In this document: piece by piece, positions 8,461 through 16,668 of the stretch
How positions within the stretch are numbered: position 1 is the first letter of the stretch
Layout: every line of letters begins with the position of its first letter
Assembly (NCBI GenBank): GCA_016432285.1
Contig: CP066682.1
Location: forward strand, 288,933 to 352,932
Source of the DNA: Candidatus Kaiserbacteria bacterium
GTDB lineage: Bacteria > Patescibacteriota > Minisyncoccia > Phycocordibacterales > UBA2100
Direction: 5' to 3'
DNA length: 64,000 nucleotides
The notes under the pieces: generated by a model
What the model saw: the letters and a program-made list of their open reading frames with translations, nothing else
Told to the model about the DNA's origin: nothing
Database searches by the model: none
Program-made: the position numbers and the translations under genes

Positions 8461-9129
8461 ATGGCGACGCAGTTCAACGACTGGTTCCGCACGCGCACGA
8501 CGCTCTTCTTGTACTGGGCTGTTTTCGCGCTCGTGCTTCTCGCCGCAGCGCTCTTCGCGCTTCGGGGCGATCTCGCCTCTGCCTTCGGGACGCTGCTGAT
8601 CCTCCTTCTCATGCTGGGGCCCACGATCCTGAAGCAGCGATATCGCCTCCATATTCCGTTTGCGCTCGATCTCGGAATCGTCGTCTTTATATTTCTCACG
8701 CTCTTTCTTGGCGGTATCGCCGAGTTTTACGACCGCATTCCGTTCTGGGACAAATTTTTGCACTTCCAGTCGGGGCTCCTTCTCGGCGCCGCGGGATACC
8801 TCCTCGTCTACATTCTCAACGAGCACGAGAAAATTCACCTGAATCTCTCGCCGGGGTTCGTCTCTTTTTTTGCGATCACCTTCTCGCTCGCGATCGGCGC
8901 GGTGTGGGAAATCTTCGAATTTGCGGGCGACCAGCTCTTCGCGATCACCTTCTGGCAAGGAGTCGGCGTGGCGGACACCATGTGGGATCTCATCGCCGAT
9001 GGGGCGGGGGCGCTCATCGTGAGCGTGAGCGGCTACTTCTGGATGTACCGGCACAAACGGCTGCCGTTCACCCCGTGGCTCTTCCGTTTTTTCTCCGAGA
9101 GGCTCAAAGGTGTCAGAGACGAGCGCTGA
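8461..9129 (+). CDS. membrane protein (YjdF/DUF2238-like)
   Basis: WDKFLH, WEIFEF and DTMWDL motifs. Confidence 0.75.
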   Translation: MATQFNDWFRTRTTLFLYWAVFALVLLAAALFALRGDLASAFGTLLILLLMLGPTILKQRYRLHIPFALDLGIVVFIFLTLFLGGIAEFYDRIPFWDKFLHFQSGLLLGAAGYLLVYILNEHEKIHLNLSPGFVSFFAITFSLAIGAVWEIFEFAGDQLFAITFWQGVGVADTMWDLIADGAGALIVSVSGYFWMYRHKRLPFTPWLFRFFSERLKGVRDER

Positions 9130-9170
9130 TTCTCGGAACGACTTTTCCACAGGCTACGCACCATGCATGC

Positions 9171-9200
9171 TTGACGCCTGATACCCCCCGGGGGTATTAT
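9171..9200 (+). promoter_or_regulatory. sigma70 promoter overlapped by CsoR-type operator ATACCCCCCGGGGGTAT (9181-9197)
   Basis: TTGACG...TATTAT with a C/G-tract palindrome; identical 17-mer upstream of copA. Confidence 0.85.
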
Positions 9201-9208
9201 GCGGGCAT

Positions 9209-9478
9209 ATGAGATCACCGATCAAGCAAAAGGCGCTGCGGCGCCTCAAGATTATCGAGGGGCAGGTGCGCGGGCTCCGGAGCATGGTGGAGGAGGAGAA
9301 GTACTGCGTGGACATCATTACCCAGTCCAACGCGGTCAAAGAGGCGCTCTCCGGCGTCGAGGATTTGGTGCTCGAAAATCACCTCTCGACCCACGTGCGG
9401 CACCAGATGAAGAGCGGGAAGGACGCGAAGGCGATCGAGGAGGTCATGAAGATCTACAAGCTCGCGCAGAAGAAATAA
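9209..9478 (+). CDS. csoR: CsoR/RcnR family metal-sensing repressor
   Basis: RRLKIIEGQVRGL..MVEEEKYCVDIITQ...LENHLSTHV. Confidence 0.9.
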   Translation: MRSPIKQKALRRLKIIEGQVRGLRSMVEEEKYCVDIITQSNAVKEALSGVEDLVLENHLSTHVRHQMKSGKDAKAIEEVMKIYKLAQKK

Positions 9479-9587
9479 GTCTATGAAGACGCAACGGATT
9501 TTCTCTACGGTGCGTGTGGCGGGAGGGAGGTCGATCCCGGCGCAGTAACCGGATTCGTGAGGATTATCAAGTAACGAACAAAAAGGT

Positions 9588-9935
9588 ATGGATACGAAAT
9601 TGATTACAGGCATCGTCGGCGGACTGATCGTAGGCGCTCTCGCGGGCTTCTACCTCTCTCCCGGCTCGAGCTCGCAGAGCGCGAGCGGCATGACGAGTGA
9701 GATGAACAACGCAGGCATGATGATGCAGCAGGGCGGCTCGTCGATGATGCAGATGGGGCAGATGATGATGTCGGCTGGGCAGATGATGCAGCAGAAAGGC
9801 ACGCAGTACGAAGATTCGGAGATGATGCAGAGCGGCAAGGAGCTTGAGACGAGCGGCAACACCATGATGCAGCAAGGCAAGGAACTCTCGGACGAGAGCG
9901 GACCACTGATGCAGGGCATGCAAATGGGTCAGTAA
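9588..9935 (+). CDS. membrane-anchored Met/Gln-rich protein
   Basis: N-terminal TM; 21 Met in 115 aa with MMQxG repeats. Confidence 0.75.
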   Translation: MDTKLITGIVGGLIVGALAGFYLSPGSSSQSASGMTSEMNNAGMMMQQGGSSMMQMGQMMMSAGQMMQQKGTQYEDSEMMQSGKELETSGNTMMQQGKELSDESGPLMQGMQMGQ

Positions 9936-9968
9936 GCGAAGATTACCAACTTCTTATAGAAAGCACGT

Positions 9969-10214
9969 ATGAACAGGACACTGAAAATTGGCGCGGCATG
10001 GACAAGTATCGCGTGGACTGTGTGTTACGTAGGTGTGGGACTCATTCCGCAGCTCCGCGACACGGTCCTCAACAATCTCGTCCACACAAATGTGCCCGTG
10101 GGAGCCAACATCTTTTCGCTCGGCGGTTTCCTCGCGGGCCTCGTTCTGTGGAATGTGATCGTGGCGGCGGGAATCTGGCTCTGGTTCTTCCTCGCGGCGC
10201 GGATCAAAAGCTAG
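9969..10214 (+). CDS. small 2-TM protein (DUF5676-like)
   Basis: WTVC...LVH pattern with two TMs. Confidence 0.65.
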   Translation: MNRTLKIGAAWTSIAWTVCYVGVGLIPQLRDTVLNNLVHTNVPVGANIFSLGGFLAGLVLWNVIVAAGIWLWFFLAARIKS

Positions 10215-10239
10215 CGAATCAGAAACTATCATCGAACGT

Positions 10240-10680
10240 ATGAGCACCACCCCAAAACCAGCACTCTTCGGGCTTCTTGCGAGTACATCGCTTCTTGCGG
10301 TGTACTTCGCGGTGCTCACGCTGGTTTCGGGGTGGAGCTTCGCGCAGAATCAGTTCGCAACCTACTGGTACTTCATCGTGAGCCTTGCGCTCGGTTTTGG
10401 AGTACAGATCGGACTCTACACGTATCTCCGCAGATTGCTTGCCGGCATGCACGGCGAAGGAAGGGTCGTGGGGGTAACGGGCACGACCTCGGCACTCGCG
10501 ATGATCTCGTGCTGCGCTCACTACCTCGCCAACCTGCTTCCGATCCTCGGCGCGGTGGGGCTCGTCACCTTCGTCGCGTCCTACCAGACGCAGCTTTTCT
10601 GGATCGGCCTCCTCTTCAATCTCGGCGGGACCCTCTTCATGGCAAACCGCATCCGCTCGTTCAAGAAAATGCACGTATGA
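10240..10680 (+). CDS. membrane protein with SCCAH motif
   Basis: four TMs; GFGVQIGLY and MISCCAHY. Confidence 0.75.
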   Translation: MSTTPKPALFGLLASTSLLAVYFAVLTLVSGWSFAQNQFATYWYFIVSLALGFGVQIGLYTYLRRLLAGMHGEGRVVGVTGTTSALAMISCCAHYLANLLPILGAVGLVTFVASYQTQLFWIGLLFNLGGTLFMANRIRSFKKMHV

Positions 10681-11138
10681 AAAACGCGTTGCTCTACATA
10701 AGCGTCGCACTCCTCGTCGGGCTCGGGATCTATGCGTTTGCAATACGCGGGCAGGAGAGCGCGGCGCCTGCCAGTGTGCAATCGAATGTGCTGGCGGAAG
10801 GCACGTGGGAGACGAAGACCAATAACGAGGCGTCGGTCACGGTGGCCGTAACGCCGCTCTCGCTGGGTGGGAGCGCTTCCGAGTGGCGGTTCAAGGTGGT
10901 CTTAGACACGCACACGGGCAGCCTCGACCGGGATCTTCTTGAAACGACCACGCTGTCAGACGGCTCAGGCGCGACCTACCGCGCTTCGCGCTGGGAAGGC
11001 GATCCACCCGGCGGGCATCACCGCGAAGGGGAGCTGACCTTCGAGCGAATCGACCCGACTCCTTCACGCATTACCATTCGTATAAACGATCTTGGCGGCG
11101 TCCCGGAAAGGACCTTGAGCTGGGACATCCAAAAATAA
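10677..11138 (+). CDS. exported protein with His motifs
   Basis: ATGA overlap; N-terminal TM; LDTHTG and GGHHREG. Confidence 0.75.
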   Translation: MKNALLYISVALLVGLGIYAFAIRGQESAAPASVQSNVLAEGTWETKTNNEASVTVAVTPLSLGGSASEWRFKVVLDTHTGSLDRDLLETTTLSDGSGATYRASRWEGDPPGGHHREGELTFERIDPTPSRITIRINDLGGVPERTLSWDIQK

Positions 11139-11139
11139 T

Positions 11140-11355
11140 ATGAATCACGATTGTTGCGGCGGCCACGAGAAGCACGAACACAAAGCTTCGACCGCAAGCG
11201 CAGAAACGTACACGTGCCCCATGCACCCCGAGGTGCAGAAGGACGAGCCCGGCTCGTGCCCGGATTGCGGCATGTACTTGGTCCCGAAGTCGGCCGAGGC
11301 AACCGGGGGGCACCACAAAAACGAAGGCGCGCACAAAGGCGGGTGTTGCTCGTAA
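11140..11355 (+). CDS. heavy-metal-binding domain protein (metallochaperone-like)
   Basis: [24 protein letters not shown]; CC/His-rich termini. Confidence 0.85.
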   Translation: MNHDCCGGHEKHEHKASTASAETYTCPMHPEVQKDEPGSCPDCGMYLVPKSAEATGGHHKNEGAHKGGCCS

Positions 11356-11376
11356 ATCACACGGCTTCCACATTGT

Positions 11377-11543
11377 ATGAACACGAAAATTCTATTGATA
11401 AGTACTCTGGGGATCGCGGTCGTCGCAGGCGCGGGCAGAAGATCGTCATGGTGACGCACGAGCTGGACGATCGGCAGTATGTCGACCGCACGATCTGGCT
11501 TGAGGACGGGCGTCTGGAAAAAGTCGAGGAGGGCGTGAAGTAG
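11377..11543 (+). pseudogene. deletion scar: signal peptide joined out of frame to an ABC ATPase C-terminus
   Basis: MNTKILLISTLGIAVVAGAG then, in another frame, GQKIVMVTHE...DRTIWLEDGRL. Confidence 0.65.
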
Positions 11544-11547
11544 GTCT

Positions 11548-12408
11548 ATGGATATTCTCACCAACGTATCGATCGTCGCGGCGTTCATCGCCGGAGTTGC
11601 GGCGCTCTTCGCGCCGTGCTGTATCACGGTGCTGCTTCCGTCGTACCTCGGCTCGGTCTTTCAGGAGCGCTACAAGGTCCTGCTCATGACGTTTGTCTTT
11701 TTCCTCGGCATCCTCGCGGTCTTTCTTCCCATCGGCCTCGGGGCCGCCGCGCTCGCGCGCTTTTTCAACACCTACCACAATTTCATCTTCACGCTCGGGG
11801 GACTCATGCTCTCCGGACTTGGTATCGCGCTCATCCTCGGCAAAACGTTCTCGATTCCTTCGCCGGTCTCTGCGCGCTTTGCTGGCACGGGCGCGCTCTC
11901 GATCTTTCTGCTCGGCGTCTTTTCGGCCGTGGCAACGACGTGCTGCGCACCCGTGCTCGCGGGCGTCCTCGCGCTCTCTGCGGCGAGCGGCAGTATCTTC
12001 TGGGGCGGCATCTACACCTTGAGCTACGTGCTCGGCATGGTTGCGCCACTCTTTCTCATCGCCGTCTTCCTCGACAAAGTGGATTTCACGGAGCGGTTCG
12101 CGACGCTGCATAAAACACGCACAGCTAAGATCGGGCGCTTCGAGTGGACGTTCAAACCCGCGGAGCTTGTTGCCGGACTCGTGTTCCTCGGGATGGGGAT
12201 CTACATCATCTACCTCGCGCTTGCGAATCAGCTCACCATGGAAGGGGGCTACCAGCTCGAGATCAATCTCTTCTTTGCCAACCTCGTACACTCCGTACAC
12301 CGCTACACGCAGACTATCCCAGAGATCGCGTGGGCCCTCTTCGTACTGGCTGCGCTTGTTCTCATCGCGTGGTTTTCCATTTATCAGTTTATTCGCATTA
12401 AAAAGTAA
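11548..12408 (+). CDS. CcdA/DsbD-type transmembrane disulfide reductase
   Basis: AFIAGVAALFAPCCITVLLPSY and TTCCAPVLAGV. Confidence 0.85.
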   Translation: MDILTNVSIVAAFIAGVAALFAPCCITVLLPSYLGSVFQERYKVLLMTFVFFLGILAVFLPIGLGAAALARFFNTYHNFIFTLGGLMLSGLGIALILGKTFSIPSPVSARFAGTGALSIFLLGVFSAVATTCCAPVLAGVLALSAASGSIFWGGIYTLSYVLGMVAPLFLIAVFLDKVDFTERFATLHKTRTAKIGRFEWTFKPAELVAGLVFLGMGIYIIYLALANQLTMEGGYQLEINLFFANLVHSVHRYTQTIPEIAWALFVLAALVLIAWFSIYQFIRIKK

Positions 12409-12413
12409 TCGCT

Positions 12414-13001
12414 ATGGAAAATAGCTCAAAAACGTTCGTCGTCGTTGGTCTTATCGTACTTGCGGTCGTCATCGCGCTTGTCGCGCTCTTTAATACCAAT
12501 CCGTCCGGCGCGGCGCGTGAAGCAGGAGGAGTGGGCGCCGATCTCATCGGCGCGCCGCTTCCCTCGGTCACGCTCTACGACAAAGACGGAAAGGCGTACC
12601 CCATGGAAAGCCTCGCGGGCAAAAACGTGGTGCTCTTTTTTAACGAGGGCCTCATGTGCTACCCGGCGTGCTGGGACCAGATGACCGCATTCGGCGCGGA
12701 TCCGCGTTTCAACAGCGACGAGACCGTCGCCCTCTCGGTCGTCGTGGATTCCCCCGCAGACTGGCAGCAGGCTATCGCCAAGATGCCGGAGCTTTCGAAG
12801 GCTGCGACTCTCTTCGACCAGGGCGCCGCCGTTTCCCGGCAGCTCGGTGTTCTCTCGTACGGCTCGTCGATGCATGCTGGGCAGCTTCCGGGACACACCT
12901 ACGTCCTCCTCGACAAAGCGGGGATCGTGCGCGAGGTGTTCGACGATCCGAACATGGGCGTGAACAACGACGCGATCATGCAAAAGATCTCGGCCTTCTA
13001 G
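12414..13001 (+). CDS. membrane-anchored thioredoxin-fold redoxin with CxxxC motif
   Basis: GKNVVLFF..GLMCYPACWDQ...PGHTYVLLDKAGIVR. Confidence 0.8.
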   Translation: MENSSKTFVVVGLIVLAVVIALVALFNTNPSGAAREAGGVGADLIGAPLPSVTLYDKDGKAYPMESLAGKNVVLFFNEGLMCYPACWDQMTAFGADPRFNSDETVALSVVVDSPADWQQAIAKMPELSKAATLFDQGAAVSRQLGVLSYGSSMHAGQLPGHTYVLLDKAGIVREVFDDPNMGVNNDAIMQKISAF

Positions 13002-13004
13002 TCT

Positions 13005-13400
13005 ATGAAAAAACTATTGAGCGTGCCGCCGATGACGCTGATTCGGATCGGCCTCGCGCTCGTGTTCCTCGCGAACTCGATCACGGCGTTCGTCTACCCA
13101 TCGGAATTTATCGAGCTCATCGAAGCGTCATTCGTCGCCGGTATTCTCGGTCTCGTTGGCGTCAGCCCCGCGCTCTTTGTCGTCGGGATAGGCTTCAACG
13201 ATGCGATCGTCGCCGCGCTGCTCTTCCTCAATAGAGGGAGAGTAATTGCTTCGGTGTGGGCTTCGCTCTGGCTCGTCGCAGTGCTTCTAGTGCGCGGCGA
13301 GCCTCTGGAGATCCTAGAGGAATCGGGCTTCCTCCTCATGGCGCTCGCGCTCGCGCAGGAGAGCTGCCGCGTGGTGCTCACCAGTGCTCGGAAACGCTAA
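13005..13400 (+). CDS. DoxX-like membrane protein
   Basis: LIRIGLALVFL start; four TMs. Confidence 0.65.
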   Translation: MKKLLSVPPMTLIRIGLALVFLANSITAFVYPSEFIELIEASFVAGILGLVGVSPALFVVGIGFNDAIVAALLFLNRGRVIASVWASLWLVAVLLVRGEPLEILEESGFLLMALALAQESCRVVLTSARKR

Positions 13401-13428
13401 CGACGAGATATCCACATCCGCGAAGCGC

Positions 13429-13456
13429 TTGACATCATACCCCCCGGGGGTATCAT
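13429..13456 (+). promoter_or_regulatory. sigma70 promoter with CsoR-type operator (13437-13453)
   Basis: TTGACA...TATCAT overlapping ATACCCCCCGGGGGTAT. Confidence 0.85.
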
Positions 13457-13462
13457 AGCACC

Positions 13463-15700
13463 ATGACCAACAAACACGCACAACACGAAACGCATCAGAA
13501 AGGGAAGTCGAGCGCCGAAGAGAGCGCGATCTACACGTGCCCGATGCATTCGGAGGTGCGGCAGAAAGGTCCTGGCAAGTGCCCGGGCTGCGGCATGGAT
13601 CTGATCCCCGCCAGAACCCCTGCGGTCACCTCCGCGAAAGAGGGGACAAGCGAACATGCGGGCCACGATATGCAGGAGGTGAGTCACATGGATCACGAGG
13701 CCGCGATGACGAACCCGCAGATGGCAAAGCAGATGGAAGCCGACATGCGCCGCCGCTTTGTGATCTCGTTCCTGCTTTCGATCCCGATTTTCCTCTATTC
13801 GCCGGTGATGACGAGCTTTTTTGATATCACGCTCCCATCTCCGATTCCGGTCAACTGGCTGCTCTTTCTACTCACGACCCCGATCGTCTTCTGGACCGGC
13901 TCGATTTTCATCACCGGCACGTACTATTCGCTGAAAGCGCGGACCCTCAACATGGCGGTTCTCATCGCGACCGGCGTCCTCGCCGCCTACCTTTTCAGCG
14001 TGCTCCTTACCGTGGTGCAGCCCGAGGCGGAGACGTTCTACGAGGCGGCCGCGCTCCTCGTCACTTTCGTGCTCTTCGGCCACTGGATGGAAATGAAATC
14101 GCGCCGCGGCACATCTGACGCCTTGCGGGCTCTCTTTGATCTCGTCCCGCCGAAAGCACTCGTTGTTCGTGGTGGCAAAGAGATCAGCATCCCGAGCGCC
14201 GAAATCGTGCACGGCGATATCGTGGTCCTACGACCGGGCGATAAGGTGCCGGTCGACGGGGAGATCGTTGAGGGCGAGTCCTCCATCGACGAATCGCTCG
14301 TGACGGGAGAATCAATCCCTGTCGCGAAGAGCATCGGTGGCAAAGTGGTTGGCGGCTCGGTGAACCAGACGGGCACGCTGAAATTTAAAGCCACCGAGGT
14401 CGGCTCTGAAACCGTGCTCGCGCAGATCATCAAGCTGGTCGAGACCGCGCAAAACTCCAAAGCGCCCGGGCAGCGCATCGCGGATCGGGCGGCGGGCTGG
14501 CTCGTGGTGCTCGCGATCGGCTCCGGCCTCGCTGCCTTTTTCGGGTGGTACTTCGGGGCGAATGCGGGGCTTCTCACGGCGCTCACTTTTGCGATCTCGA
14601 CGGTGGTGATCGCATGTCCCGACGCGCTGGGGCTCGCGACGCCGACGGCTGTCGCCGTCGGCACAGGCATCGGCGCGAAGCACAACATTCTCATCAAGGA
14701 TGCCGCGACTTTGGAAAACACCTCGCGCCTCACCGCGATCGTGCTCGATAAAACGGGGACGCTGACGGAAGGCAAGCCGAAGGTAACGGAGATCGTCGCC
14801 GCTCCCGGCTACCAGAAAGACGATGTGCTTGCGCTCGAAGCGGCGGCGGAAAAGGGATCAAATCATCCGATCAGCGCCGCGATCCTCGAGGAAGCGCAGA
14901 GGCGGGGAGTTGCAACCGCGAGGCGAATCGAGAAGTTTGAGGCCATCGGCGGGCACGGCGTGCGCGCGACGGCAGACGGAAAAGTACTGCTCGCGGGCAC
15001 CGAGCGCCTCATGGAGACCAACAACGTCGATCTCTCTCCGATCAAGAAAGACATCGACCGCCTCCTTCAAAGCGGTAATACGATCAGCATTCTCTCGGTC
15101 GACGGCAAGGCGGCGGGCGCGATTGGCGTTGCTGACACGATCCGGCCTTCCGCTCGAAAAGCCATCGCCGCGATGAAGCGTTTGGGGCTCGAGGTAGCAA
15201 TGATTACCGGCGACCATACGGAAGTCGCGAAGGCCGTCTCGAGCGATCTTGGCATCGATCGCTACTTCGCGCAGGTCTTGCCGGAAGATAAAGCGAAGTA
15301 CGTCAAAAAGCTCCAAGACGAAGGCAAGTTCGTTGCGATGGTGGGCGATGGGATCAACGATGCGCCGGCCCTGGCCCAATCCGACATCGGGATCGCGATC
15401 GGCGCTGGCACAGATGTCGCAATCGAGACGGGCAATATCGTCCTCATGAAATCTGACCCGTACGACATCGTCGCGGCACTGAGGCTCAGTAAAGCGACCG
15501 TCGTCAAAATGAAGCAGAATCTTTTCTGGGCAGCGATCTACAACGTGCTGGCGATTCCCGTCGCGGCCGGCGTCTTCTACACCTGGCTCGGCTGGTCGCT
15601 GCGGCCCGAGATCTCAGCGCTTCTCATGTCGGCTTCTTCAATCATCGTCGCCACCAATGCAGTCTTACTGAAGCGCGTCGAGTCGAAGCTGAAGCTCTAA
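13463..15700 (+). CDS. copA: copper-translocating P1B-type ATPase
   Basis: N-terminal YTCPMH domain, TGES, CPD, DKTGT, HP, GDGIND, YN and MSASS. Confidence 0.92.
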   Translation: MTNKHAQHETHQKGKSSAEESAIYTCPMHSEVRQKGPGKCPGCGMDLIPARTPAVTSAKEGTSEHAGHDMQEVSHMDHEAAMTNPQMAKQMEADMRRRFVISFLLSIPIFLYSPVMTSFFDITLPSPIPVNWLLFLLTTPIVFWTGSIFITGTYYSLKARTLNMAVLIATGVLAAYLFSVLLTVVQPEAETFYEAAALLVTFVLFGHWMEMKSRRGTSDALRALFDLVPPKALVVRGGKEISIPSAEIVHGDIVVLRPGDKVPVDGEIVEGESSIDESLVTGESIPVAKSIGGKVVGGSVNQTGTLKFKATEVGSETVLAQIIKLVETAQNSKAPGQRIADRAAGWLVVLAIGSGLAAFFGWYFGANAGLLTALTFAISTVVIACPDALGLATPTAVAVGTGIGAKHNILIKDAATLENTSRLTAIVLDKTGTLTEGKPKVTEIVAAPGYQKDDVLALEAAAEKGSNHPISAAILEEAQRRGVATARRIEKFEAIGGHGVRATADGKVLLAGTERLMETNNVDLSPIKKDIDRLLQSGNTISILSVDGKAAGAIGVADTIRPSARKAIAAMKRLGLEVAMITGDHTEVAKAVSSDLGIDRYFAQVLPEDKAKYVKKLQDEGKFVAMVGDGINDAPALAQSDIGIAIGAGTDVAIETGNIVLMKSDPYDIVAALRLSKATVVKMKQNLFWAAIYNVLAIPVAAGVFYTWLGWSLRPEISALLMSASSIIVATNAVLLKRVESKLKL

Positions 15701-15707
15701 CATTCAT

Positions 15708-16202
15708 ATGAACGAGATAGGTACGTTTGTACGGAACCCGCTCGCGCTCGCTGGCTTCCTCGTGCTCCTCGGCGCGTTCGCTTTCATTTTGCTACGCAAG
15801 CCCGCTCCGCCCTTTTCTGCGACGATCGGCTCGTGTCGCGTGGGAGAGGCGTGCCCGGGGGGCGCGCAATTGAGCAGCGTTCCAACCATCGAAAGCAACG
15901 AGCTCGTGGCTGCGCTTGAGGTGAAAGATTTTTTCTTCGTAAACGTTCACACGCCATACCAAGGAGAGATCGGTAAGACTGACGCATTCATTCGGTACGA
16001 CGAAATAGGAGACAATCTCGACAAGCTGCCGCAAGACAAAAGCGTGAAGATCGTTCTCTACTGTCAGAGTGGCCGCATGAGCGAGATTGCCGCAAAAAAG
16101 CTCGCGTCGCTCGGATACACCAACGTCTCCCACCTTAAAGGCGGCATGGTCGAGTGGGAGAAGGAAGGGTACGAACTCATCCGGGAGGGAAGCGCACGGT
16201 AG
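15708..16202 (+). CDS. membrane-anchored rhodanese-domain protein
   Basis: IVLYCQSGRMS...LGYTNVSHLKGGMVEW. Confidence 0.85.
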   Translation: MNEIGTFVRNPLALAGFLVLLGAFAFILLRKPAPPFSATIGSCRVGEACPGGAQLSSVPTIESNELVAALEVKDFFFVNVHTPYQGEIGKTDAFIRYDEIGDNLDKLPQDKSVKIVLYCQSGRMSEIAAKKLASLGYTNVSHLKGGMVEWEKEGYELIREGSAR

Positions 16203-16212
16203 GAGTCAACGT

Positions 16213-16659
16213 ATGAACGTACGCATACACGCAGGACACATCGCGCGCACACCGGCCATACAGGAGCGCATCGGTTGGATCTGCACGCTGCTCGAGCGAG
16301 CGGCGGATCCGCGGGACCTCTTGCGGCTCTCGTGCGACATCACGCTCACGAAGATCTCCCGCGGCGCAGCGCGTGGACGCTTCCGAGCGACCATCTATTT
16401 TGCGGGGGCGGGAGAACCTTTGACCGCAACGGGTGTGGGCGAGACACCTGAGACCGCGCTCGACGGCGCGCATGATACGATCGAACGGCACTTCTCTCTT
16501 GTGCGCAGAGGGGAACTCGGCACCCGGAGGATTACGGATTTTGCGCGCCGCCAGAATATCGCCCGAAGAGCGGTGGAGCGCGCGAAAGAGCTTGCGAGAA
16601 AGAAGGCGCCATCGTGGAGGGTGACGAAGCGCCGCCGTTTCGGCGACGAAGAGCAATAA
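16213..16659 (+). CDS. divergent HPF/RaiA-fold protein
   Basis: MNVRIHAGHIARTPAIQERI...LTATGVGETPETALD resembles the HPF fold; AGGAG SD. Confidence 0.45.
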   Translation: MNVRIHAGHIARTPAIQERIGWICTLLERAADPRDLLRLSCDITLTKISRGAARGRFRATIYFAGAGEPLTATGVGETPETALDGAHDTIERHFSLVRRGELGTRRITDFARRQNIARRAVERAKELARKKAPSWRVTKRRRFGDEEQ

Positions 16660-16668
16660 TTTAAAAAT

